This document shows, piece after piece, positions 16,547 through 25,101 of a stretch of DNA of 64,000 nucleotides. How positions within the stretch are numbered: position 1 is the first letter of the stretch; the number at the start of each line of letters is the position of its first letter. The stretch is from positions 1 to 64,000 of the IMG/VR virus record IMGVR_UViG_3300024581_003792; one strand, 5' to 3'. The notes under the pieces were generated by a model that saw only the letters and a program-made list of their open reading frames with translations, was not told the DNA's origin and made no database searches. The DNA is from a virus. Position numbers and translations under genes: made by a program.

Positions 16547-16709
16547 ATTGCTTGATGGGGGTTTGGTTGCCTTTGTTTTTTTCCATCGCTTGGATCTGTC
16601 TTGCAATTTTCATTGCTCGACCAATCGTTTTAGCGTTGTCAATTAGTTTACCCGACAAGTTGATGTTGAACCATTCGGTGAAGTTTGGATTGCGTTGTAT
16701 TGTTATCAT
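16536..16709 (-). CDS. small hypothetical protein (57 aa)
   Basis: MITIQRNPNFTEWFNINL...; minus-strand promoter TTGCAA(16744-16739)-17-TAGAGT-6-ATG. Confidence 0.6.
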   Translation of the reverse strand: MITIQRNPNFTEWFNINLSGKLIDNAKTIGRAMKIARQIQAMEKNKGNQTPIKQYGA

Positions 16710-16757
16710 AAAATTACTCTAAGAAATTTTTTGTTTTATTGCAAGAAAAAAAGAAAA

Positions 16758-16994
16758 TTATTTTTTAACTCTTTTAGCGTGAGCGATGTCTTGCCATGCT
16801 TTTTGGGCTTGCTGTACTGCATGAAGTGCATCCATCACAGCCATTCCTTCGGTAATGCCAAAGTTTGATTCTTTAGAATTTACCTTTTCCGCCAGGAAAC
16901 GAAGATCTCCTAATGCTTTAGATATACCTAAACCAAGATTTAATTCTCGATCTAATTGCTTTCTTACTTCTATTGCTATATTGTTATCTGTCAT
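16758..16994 (-). CDS. hypothetical protein
   Basis: Minus-strand promoter TTGCAA(17029-17024)-17-TAGGTT-6-ATG. Confidence 0.65.
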   Translation of the reverse strand: MTDNNIAIEVRKQLDRELNLGLGISKALGDLRFLAEKVNSKESNFGITEGMAVMDALHAVQQAQKAWQDIAHAKRVKK

Positions 16995-17306
16995 AAGTAC
17001 AACCTAACAAAGCTAAGAATTTATTGCAAGCTTTTATTGAAAAAAAATAACCCTTTTGGGGTGCCTACTTTTTTGAATTTTTACAAATCAATAGCTTTCG
17101 GAATAGGCGGGGGGGTGGTGCTTTTCATTCTCAATTTTAAAATATTACATTTTCAAATATTTGCTAATGTAAAAAAAATCGGCGGGTAAAAAATTGAAAA
17201 GGTATTTTATAAAAAAACAAAAAATAAACAATAAATGCGCAAAAAAACAAAATCTGATAAAAATGTATTTTAAAAAAGCAAAAAACCTGTGTAATATATA
17301 GAACAA

Positions 17307-18131
17307 ATGAAAGAACTTGATTTCAGTAAAGAGATTCGTGCACAATTACGTGAATTTGAAGGCACGGAAGAAGAAGTAACGCAAGAAGCTTGGGCAGCCG
17401 AAGAGAAGAAAGGCAAAAAGCTCAATAAACCATTTCGTACATCTGGTGGGCCAAAGAAGTTTTCGGTATACGTAAAGAACGAGAAGGGTAATGTAGTAAA
17501 AGTAAATTTTGGAGACCCGAACATGGAGATCAAGCGTGATGATCCTGCTCGTCGTAAAAGTTTTCGTGCGCGTCATGGATGCGACAACCCCGGACCTAAA
17601 ACAAAAGCAAAGTACTGGAGTTGCAAGATGTGGAGCAAGAAGAGCGTTACCAAGGTGACGAAGGGACATAGCCCCGATCTTTTAATTAAGGCAGAGGAAG
17701 AATTGGCCGCCGAACTCGACGAATCTGACGCAAAGCAAGGATTATGGGATAATATTCGTAAAAAGAAAGAGCGCGAAGGCAAAGATTATCGCCCCGCAAA
17801 ACCTGGCGACAAAGATCGTCCCAGCAAAGAAGCCTGGAAAAAGGCGCAAAAAAAGAAGTCAGACGCAGAAGACGACAAAAAAGCCAAGAAAGAAGATAAA
17901 CTAACCGAAAAACAAAAAAAGCTCCCTGATGCAATTAAAAAAACAATTTTAGAAAAAAAGAAAAAATCAGAAGCAGAATCAGAAAAAGACTTCAAGCCAC
18001 ATGATATGTATGATCCAGAAACAGGAAAAGCATATAAAGCAAAAAGCTATGAAGAACACATGAAGTATAAAAAAATGGGATATACTCATGAAAAACCATC
18101 CGAGTCGGGATACAAGAAGAAAAAGAAATAA
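17307..18131 (+). CDS. Lys-rich modular phage protein
   Basis: KLNKPFRT...VNFGDPNM...SFRARHGC...YWSCKMW module plus GLWDNIR and FKPHDMYDP modules; GTGTA at 17289. Confidence 0.75.
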   Translation: MKELDFSKEIRAQLREFEGTEEEVTQEAWAAEEKKGKKLNKPFRTSGGPKKFSVYVKNEKGNVVKVNFGDPNMEIKRDDPARRKSFRARHGCDNPGPKTKAKYWSCKMWSKKSVTKVTKGHSPDLLIKAEEELAAELDESDAKQGLWDNIRKKKEREGKDYRPAKPGDKDRPSKEAWKKAQKKKSDAEDDKKAKKEDKLTEKQKKLPDAIKKTILEKKKKSEAESEKDFKPHDMYDPETGKAYKAKSYEEHMKYKKMGYTHEKPSESGYKKKKK

Positions 18132-20347
18132 TGGACGACATAGGATATAGCGGCCCACTTTACAATAATAAGACTCATGCGATAAAAGTTCGCACGGGTG
18201 ATGATATTTTGAACGCCGCCAAAGATGCCGTGTGTGGAGAATTGATGGTGGCAAAAGGTGGCCAATTCCCTGGGTTATATATAGCGACAAAAACGAGTGG
18301 AGATGATGTAGAATTATGTAGGATATCTGAAATCACACCTGAAAATAAGTTGCCGATTACTAACACCTACAGTATAAAAACAGACGGAGTTGATGATCGT
18401 TTGAGCGCTAATACGGAAGCATTCAACACAGGAGACTTTACTATAAGTATGTGGGTAAAATTACCTACCATAAATCATAGATCAGACATGCTATTAGTAA
18501 ATCAAAGCACAAGAGATATTGTGATTAGGGTCAGAACTGATGGGTTTAGATTCTTTTTAGGAGGCACTACTTTAGCGTACGGCATTGGTGGAGCTACTCT
18601 GACAAACAAATGGTATCATCTAGTATGGTCTCATAGCGGCAACACGGCTACTCCATACATAGACGGTGTAGTAGCATCGCATGTTCCAGGGACCAACGCT
18701 ACCTTGAGTCTCAGTGGACTTCAAGATATTTTTATATCTGGTGCTTACGCTGGTGGATTTTATGATGAAGTTGCTTTATTTGATTCAGCACTGTCTTCGT
18801 CCGATGTTGCCTCGATTTACAACAGTGGTATTCCCGCAGATATCTCTAGCTTAAACCCTGTTAATTGGTGGCGTATGGGAGATAACGACGAAGGCACAGG
18901 TTCTACCATCACCGATCTTGGAAGCGGAGGTAATAATGCTACACTTATTAACGGTCCTACTTTTTCAACAGATGTGCCGTTTGTTAACACCTGCAGCGTA
19001 GACTTTGACGGTACTAATGATTATGTAGACACAGGAAATAAATTTGATTTTATGCAGCAGACTTTGAATTTTACTGTTTCTGCTTGGATAAAATTTCAAA
19101 ACTATACACTAGCTAGAAATCAATATATCTTGCATACAACGGATGGAGGAGGTCGAGTTGGTTTTATGCTTTGGTTCGACAATAGGAGTGGTCAAGATTA
19201 TCTAAGGTCACGTATAAATACTTCATCAAGTACAAGTGCTTATGCTCAAGATGTGAATGCTATTAGTGATAATAATTGGCATCATGTAGCAGTTACTTGT
19301 GCACAAGGAGGATCAATAAGATTGTATGTGGATGGTTCTCAATTAAATTCTTCTTCAGCACCTAGTACAACAACCGCCACCGCTATGCATAATCTTATTA
19401 TTGGCGGTGCGTTAGACACTTCTGGTCAAATCTTCCTTCCGTTTCAAGGTAATATAGATGAGGTAGGTATTTTTAATACGGAATTGAGTTCATCGGATAT
19501 AACTAGTATATACAACAGCGGATCACCTGACGATTTATCTTCTTTCAATCCCGTAGGATGGTGGCGTATGGGAGACAATGATAACGGTACAGGTACGACT
19601 ATTACCGATCAAGGAAGTGGTGGTAACGATGGAACACTTACTAATGGTCCTACTTTTTCAACTGACGTACCAAATTTTAACACTTACAGCCTAGAGTTTG
19701 ACGGTACTAATGATTATATGGAGATTGGGTCTTCCTCGTTGACCGACGGTCTTACAACATTGACAACAAGTCTTTGGTTTAATCTATCTGCAACTCAAAA
19801 TGCAAACTTTTTTGGCAATCGGATTAGTAATGGAGGTATTAATGGACAGATTTACGGTAATGATCTGTATTTTAGTATAAGTGGAGATGGTTCCTTACAA
19901 ATAGATGTAGGTACTACTGTAGCCACTAATACATGGCATCATTTAGCTTTTGTTTTTGACGGCTCTCAGTCTGCTAGTGCGGATAAAATCAAAGGGTACT
20001 TTAATGGTACTGCATTGACACAAGTTGCAAATACAATAACAGGGTCAAGCATTACTTCGACTACCGCAAACTTGCTCGTAGGGTCTGATACGCTTGTAAC
20101 AAATGCTCTTTTTAATGGATTGATTGATGAATTTGCATTAATTAATTCTGCATTATCTTCGTCAGATATTACCGACATATACAACTCAGGAGTACCTGCT
20201 GACCTAACTTCTTACTCGCCTATCGGATGGTGGAGAATGGGAGATAACGACGGAGGCACCGGAACTACTATAACAGACCAAGGAAGCGGTGGTAATAATG
20301 CAACTCTTGTAAACGGTCCAACTTTTTCAACTGAGACACCCTCTTAA
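18131..20347 (+). CDS. virion protein with 3 LamG/concanavalin-A-like domains
   Basis: Three repeats of FDGxxDY...W(Y/H)H...DEVxxF...WWRMGD. Confidence 0.85.
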   Translation: MDDIGYSGPLYNNKTHAIKVRTGDDILNAAKDAVCGELMVAKGGQFPGLYIATKTSGDDVELCRISEITPENKLPITNTYSIKTDGVDDRLSANTEAFNTGDFTISMWVKLPTINHRSDMLLVNQSTRDIVIRVRTDGFRFFLGGTTLAYGIGGATLTNKWYHLVWSHSGNTATPYIDGVVASHVPGTNATLSLSGLQDIFISGAYAGGFYDEVALFDSALSSSDVASIYNSGIPADISSLNPVNWWRMGDNDEGTGSTITDLGSGGNNATLINGPTFSTDVPFVNTCSVDFDGTNDYVDTGNKFDFMQQTLNFTVSAWIKFQNYTLARNQYILHTTDGGGRVGFMLWFDNRSGQDYLRSRINTSSSTSAYAQDVNAISDNNWHHVAVTCAQGGSIRLYVDGSQLNSSSAPSTTTATAMHNLIIGGALDTSGQIFLPFQGNIDEVGIFNTELSSSDITSIYNSGSPDDLSSFNPVGWWRMGDNDNGTGTTITDQGSGGNDGTLTNGPTFSTDVPNFNTYSLEFDGTNDYMEIGSSSLTDGLTTLTTSLWFNLSATQNANFFGNRISNGGINGQIYGNDLYFSISGDGSLQIDVGTTVATNTWHHLAFVFDGSQSASADKIKGYFNGTALTQVANTITGSSITSTTANLLVGSDTLVTNALFNGLIDEFALINSALSSSDITDIYNSGVPADLTSYSPIGWWRMGDNDGGTGTTITDQGSGGNNATLVNGPTFSTETPS

Positions 20348-20353
20348 AAAACT

Positions 20354-20602
20354 ATGAGCAGAAATTATGTAATCATCGACGCATCGGAAGTAAGTTCCGT
20401 TGATTTTGACCAAGTCCTAGAAACCTCGGCAGAAACTTTAAGATTTTCGGTTGATGGATCTAAGACCTTTGTAAAGTTCGAGGGATCGATCCCCGCATTC
20501 TTATCCGAAAAACCCAAGCATTCCCAAGCAGAGATTCTGGAAATTTTATCTGGACCTGAATGGTCGGACCCAACCTTCTCAAGCGACACTCCCTCAATAT
20601 AA
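20354..20602 (+). CDS. small partner protein of the LamG gene
   Basis: ETSAETLRFSVDGSKTFVKF...EILSGPEWS. Confidence 0.7.
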   Translation: MSRNYVIIDASEVSSVDFDQVLETSAETLRFSVDGSKTFVKFEGSIPAFLSEKPKHSQAEILEILSGPEWSDPTFSSDTPSI

Positions 20603-20605
20603 TAT

Positions 20606-21709
20606 GTGATGAGCTTAGATGACATAAATTACGAAGGCCAGCGGCTTGACGATAAAGAATTTAAAATAAAATTCAAAACTGGTGAAGATATTGATAATGC
20701 TAGAAATAATGCCATCGCTGGCGAAATGTTTATAGCCACTGGCAATAATGCAGGCTTGTACTTCGCGACACAAACAAGTGACAAAGGAAATGATTTTATA
20801 TATAAAGCGGGCGATTTGTCAGCAGAAAATAAAATTCGAGTCAAAACCCCGTTTATAACATACAAGATTACTAGTACTGGGGGCGATTTTACACTACGCT
20901 CTACTGGTACAGTTAATTATGATGTTGATTGGGGTGATGGGAGCAGCGAATCAAGCACTTCTAACGATCTTGCACACACATATGCGGCTGGTTCGTATAC
21001 AATTAAGATTACTAATCGTGGTCAAATTTATGCGCCTGATTTCGCTGATTCGGTCCAAAATATTATTCACACATCGGATTCACTTCAGATAACATCAGTA
21101 GAAATTGGTGATGGAGTAAACTTAGGTACTGCTCTCGGTAGTTCATGGCGAGGTGCTACTAATATGACTGACTTTACAGCTTTAGGTGCTACTTCCACGG
21201 TAACCAATTTTTATGAAACTTGGAGGCAAACAGGACTTACTAGTTTTCCTTTAATTGACACTTCCGCAGGTACTGAATTTAGCAGTGCTTGGATTTATTG
21301 CAGTGGAATCACTTCATTCCCGTTAATAGATACTTCTAACGGTAGTGCTTTTAATAGAGCTTGGCAAGCAACGGGTCTCACTAGTTTTCCTTCACTTGAT
21401 TTTTCTAACGCTACAACTTTTAACAATTCTTGGAGAGCTGCTTCGTCACTGTCTGATTTTCCGGCCAATATGTTTGATACAACAGGCACTTTAGTATCGA
21501 ATGCTTTTGAAGACGCTTGGAAATTTTGTGCTTTAACGGCTCAATCTATCGAAAATATTCTTGTCAGCTTAGATACAAATGGTGCTAGTAACATAACTCT
21601 AGGGATAAGCGATGGAACAAATGCCGCTTACTCAACTTGGTCAACCGCTGCTCAGACCGCACTATCTAATCTTCAAAATAAGGGGTGGACAGTCTCTTAT
21701 AACACTTAA
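20606..21709 (+). CDS. virion protein with PKD-like domain and BspA/DUF285-like repeats
   Basis: VDWGDG...HTY; repeated LTSFPLIDTSxGxxFxxAW. Confidence 0.75.
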   Translation: MMSLDDINYEGQRLDDKEFKIKFKTGEDIDNARNNAIAGEMFIATGNNAGLYFATQTSDKGNDFIYKAGDLSAENKIRVKTPFITYKITSTGGDFTLRSTGTVNYDVDWGDGSSESSTSNDLAHTYAAGSYTIKITNRGQIYAPDFADSVQNIIHTSDSLQITSVEIGDGVNLGTALGSSWRGATNMTDFTALGATSTVTNFYETWRQTGLTSFPLIDTSAGTEFSSAWIYCSGITSFPLIDTSNGSAFNRAWQATGLTSFPSLDFSNATTFNNSWRAASSLSDFPANMFDTTGTLVSNAFEDAWKFCALTAQSIENILVSLDTNGASNITLGISDGTNAAYSTWSTAAQTALSNLQNKGWTVSYNT

Positions 21710-21714
21710 TAAAT

Positions 21715-21894
21715 ATGAGTAATGACGATAATAAAACTTGGTATGTTTGTCACGGTGATGATGCTGTTCATTTTGTTGAAATAGCAGAAGGATCATCAGT
21801 AATTAGCGGACAACCAAACATTGAGAAATTTATTAACGAAGAAGAAGCGAAAGCCCGCGCAATCGAATTAGGTTATGTTTTTGAGCAGGAGTAA
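21715..21894 (+). CDS. small partner protein (59 aa)
   Basis: Hand translation MSNDDNKTWYVCHGDDAVHF... Confidence 0.6.
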   Translation: MSNDDNKTWYVCHGDDAVHFVEIAEGSSVISGQPNIEKFINEEEAKARAIELGYVFEQE

Positions 21895-21906
21895 CTATAA
21901 TACATC

Positions 21907-23493
21907 ATGAACCAAAACGATTTAAATTACAGCGGTCAATATCTTGACGATAAATATTTTAAAATAAAAATTGCTACGGGCGGAGATATTTATAAAGCTG
22001 CAGAAAGTGCTGTGGCTGGCGAAATGTTCTTAGTGACGGGCAATCAGCCTGCATTATACGCGGCAAAATCTACCTCTACTTTTTCTGACGGCATAGCAGA
22101 TTATGATATTTATAAAGTAAAAGATTTAAATGATACTGTAAAAATTAAAAATGCCGGTTTAATGAATTTGCCTGGTACTACAAATGCTTCAAATAGATAT
22201 AGTTTGAGCTTTGATGGTGGGGTTGACAATTATTTAGACATATCAAATGCATCTTATTTATTAAATGGAGCTTCTACATTTTCTATCTCTTTATGGTATA
22301 AAAGTCGTGGAGGTGATGGTGCACTTATAGGAGGAGGAACACTCGGTCCCAGTGATGCTTTTTTTATTCGCCGAATCTCCGATACTCAACTTTCTTTTCA
22401 GATTCAGCCTAGCTATTTTTTAGCAAATGTAAGTAATCCAGATAATCAATGGCACCATCTTGTAGCAACAAGTACAGGAGACATGGAAAGTATTTACCTA
22501 AATGGAGATCTGATAGCATCGGCAGATTTACAGGCCATGTCCTCAACTGTTGCAAATAATTTATCAATTGGAAATGCAGGTTATGGGCCTTCTTACCCCT
22601 TTGATGGTTTGATTGACGAAGTAGCTATCTTTCGTTCTGCCTTGTCTGCATCTGATATAACCGCCATATATAATAATGGAGTGCCTGCTGACCTTGCTTC
22701 TTATTCGCCTGCTGGCTGGTGGCGAATGGGAGATACTGAAGGCGGCACAGGTTCTACCATCACCGACCTTGGAAGCGGCGGAAACGACGGAACGATCAAC
22801 GGAGGAACTTTTTCAACAGATATTCCTGAAATCAAAAAGAGCAGCGTCTACAGCCTAGAATTTAATGGAGTAGATGATAGTGTTAGTACAGGATTAAGTT
22901 TTGCCGGAAAATCTGCACTAACCGTCTCTGCATGGGTAAATATGTCAACAATTCAAGATTCTGGATTTGTTCAGCAATATGCTGGGACTGGAACCAACCG
23001 AACATTTCGATTGATTCATTCCCACGGGCAATTTTGGTTTCAATGCTACACAGTAGATGGCATAACAGAAGCTGAAATTGACTCTAGCTCTGTTGCACCA
23101 GGAGAATGGTTTCATATCATAGGAACCTTTGATGGAACTACAGCTAAAATTTATTTAAATAATGTAGCTGGAACTGATGGAACAACTCTAACAAGTACAA
23201 CATTGCAAACTTCTTCCACAAACGTAGAGATAGGAGGATCGTCAGGGCTAGCCATGTTCACCGATGGACTTATTGATGAGGTAGCAATTTGGGACACTGA
23301 TCAATCTGCAAATATAGCAGAAATCTATAACAACGGTATTCCCGCAAACCTTGATTCATTAGCTCCTCTTGGCTGGTGGCGTATGGGTGATGACGACTCT
23401 GGAAATGGTACTACGATCACAGACCAAGGAAGCGGCGCCAACGATGCAACGATTGTTGGAAATGCTACATATTCCGCTCAAACCCCTGAATAA
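21907..23493 (+). CDS. virion protein with 2 LamG domains
   Basis: Two FxG...W(H/F)H...IDEVAI...WWRMGD repeats. Confidence 0.85.
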   Translation: MNQNDLNYSGQYLDDKYFKIKIATGGDIYKAAESAVAGEMFLVTGNQPALYAAKSTSTFSDGIADYDIYKVKDLNDTVKIKNAGLMNLPGTTNASNRYSLSFDGGVDNYLDISNASYLLNGASTFSISLWYKSRGGDGALIGGGTLGPSDAFFIRRISDTQLSFQIQPSYFLANVSNPDNQWHHLVATSTGDMESIYLNGDLIASADLQAMSSTVANNLSIGNAGYGPSYPFDGLIDEVAIFRSALSASDITAIYNNGVPADLASYSPAGWWRMGDTEGGTGSTITDLGSGGNDGTINGGTFSTDIPEIKKSSVYSLEFNGVDDSVSTGLSFAGKSALTVSAWVNMSTIQDSGFVQQYAGTGTNRTFRLIHSHGQFWFQCYTVDGITEAEIDSSSVAPGEWFHIIGTFDGTTAKIYLNNVAGTDGTTLTSTTLQTSSTNVEIGGSSGLAMFTDGLIDEVAIWDTDQSANIAEIYNNGIPANLDSLAPLGWWRMGDDDSGNGTTITDQGSGANDATIVGNATYSAQTPE

Positions 23494-23505
23494 AATAAAT
23501 TAATT

Positions 23506-24474
23506 ATGAGACTAGAACCACAAACTAATGTCCCACTTAATAATACCGATGGGTATGCTTATTCTTTCTGGTTTTATGATGATAATACCACAAGCTCCGC
23601 TACCCATTCTACTGGCGTTTGGCTTGAGGGTCAAACTAGCGGTGCTATAGCTGGAGTTACGTTTTCACCTCAACAAAAACGTATATTTCTTCGAAGTCAT
23701 GGGCTCCTAGAATGGTACGATCCAAATGTTCTGGCCCCTAACGGTGTAAGCGTTTATGTTTTTTATGAATATAAAAAATTGTATAATTTTACATTTTTAA
23801 AAAGAAGTGCTATTGACAGTGAATTTTGGGTTAATGGAAAATTAGCTGGTTACAATAGAAATGGTGGCTGGAACTATCCAGGTTCTTCTTTTAATTGGAT
23901 CATCGATCCACTTAATGGCTCTGCGCCAAATATATATTATGGCGACTTAGCTTATTGGGACGAAAACGTTAGCGATATAGCAGAACAAATATATAACGGC
24001 GGAGTTTTAAGCAACTGGATGAACTTATCAAAAAAGCCAAAACATTATTGGCGTCTAGGGAAATCTTCTGGATCAAAAATTTATGACATAGGAACAGATG
24101 GCACCAATCATCTTGAGGTTGGTTTACCTCAAACTTATCTTTATGTCCTTGCTTCAGTAACTGGTACAAATGATGGGTATAGGTTTGGTACTGGACTTCG
24201 GGCTAATGAAACAGATCCTAGGTTAAATGCAAAAATTGGTGATTCTATAACTTTTCGAAACGATATTGGAGGGCATCCTTTAGCAATTAAAGATTCCAAT
24301 GATCGTATAGTTGCCGAAGAAGATTCAGTAACCAAGAAAACCAGATGGGTGCCAACTAGTCCAGGAATCTACAGATATTACTGCACGACTCACCCTGACA
24401 CAATGGGAGCTGACATAGTAGTATGCGATACAAAGTTTGCTCACAACAATATAATCACTGCTATTCAAGAATAA
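23506..24474 (+). CDS. LamG-like protein with C-terminal cupredoxin-like domain
   Basis: HYWRLG; GGHPL...YRYYCTTHPDTMG. Confidence 0.65.
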   Translation: MRLEPQTNVPLNNTDGYAYSFWFYDDNTTSSATHSTGVWLEGQTSGAIAGVTFSPQQKRIFLRSHGLLEWYDPNVLAPNGVSVYVFYEYKKLYNFTFLKRSAIDSEFWVNGKLAGYNRNGGWNYPGSSFNWIIDPLNGSAPNIYYGDLAYWDENVSDIAEQIYNGGVLSNWMNLSKKPKHYWRLGKSSGSKIYDIGTDGTNHLEVGLPQTYLYVLASVTGTNDGYRFGTGLRANETDPRLNAKIGDSITFRNDIGGHPLAIKDSNDRIVAEEDSVTKKTRWVPTSPGIYRYYCTTHPDTMGADIVVCDTKFAHNNIITAIQE

Positions 24475-24476
24475 TC

Positions 24477-24492
24477 TGGCATAGTTTTTGCA
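24477..24492 (+). promoter_or_regulatory. sigma54-type -24/-12 promoter candidate
   Basis: TGGCATAGTTTTTGCA matches TGGCACG-N4-TTGCW with exact GG/GC spacing. Confidence 0.55.
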
Positions 24493-24569
24493 AAATATAT
24501 ATTGGAAGTACTCATAGTGAGGCTTCTTGAGTGCCAAACGGGCTCATTAACAATATAAAAAGTAAAATT

Positions 24570-25034
24570 ATGACACAATTATTAAACGGAAAAGCGGTAC
24601 CTGCTAGCAGGAATGATTTCTTAACGCCATTCGACTCTCTTTTTGATGAGATGATCGGAAAAGCCTTCCCCTCTTTTGAGCAAGAGTTTGGGGTAAACTT
24701 TTTTGGAAGTAATAGCTATCCAAAAGTAGATGTAATTGATGCACCCGATGCTATCGAATTTGAGGCTGAAATTCCTGGGTTATCAAAAGACGAAGTTTCA
24801 GTGGAAGTGGAAAAAGGGGTCTTATCGATTTCGGGCCAAAAACGCCAACAAGATGGCAGCGAACAAAAAAACTATATTCGCAAGGAACTTAAGCGCTCAT
24901 CTTTTAAACGAAGCTTTCAACTTTCTGACTCATTTAATCACGATAAAATACAGGCTAAATTCGAAAATGGATTATTGCTAATATCTGTGCCGAAGAAAAA
25001 ACCAGAAAAGTCTAAGAAAATAAAAATACTTTAA
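24570..25034 (+). CDS. hsp20: small heat shock protein (Hsp20/alpha-crystallin)
   Basis: YPKVDV, AEIPGLSK, SFKRSFQL, AKFENGLLLISVPK; ATG 24570 preferred over GTG 24531. Confidence 0.92.
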   Translation: MTQLLNGKAVPASRNDFLTPFDSLFDEMIGKAFPSFEQEFGVNFFGSNSYPKVDVIDAPDAIEFEAEIPGLSKDEVSVEVEKGVLSISGQKRQQDGSEQKNYIRKELKRSSFKRSFQLSDSFNHDKIQAKFENGLLLISVPKKKPEKSKKIKIL

Positions 25035-25041
25035 TTCTGGT

Positions 25042-25065
25042 AAGCCCTCTTCGGAGGGCTTTTTT
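25042..25065 (+). terminator. intrinsic terminator
   Basis: AAGCCCTC-TTCG-GAGGGCTT plus T-run. Confidence 0.9.
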
Positions 25066-25101
25066 ATTGAAAATGATCTAAAAATCCATAATATATTTAT
25101 T

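Noticed and set aside
18131-23493. Diversity-generating retroelement behind the repeated adhesin segments
   Set aside because: No reverse transcriptase, and no template/variable repeat pair with adenine-specific differences. The repeats are ordinary domain duplications.
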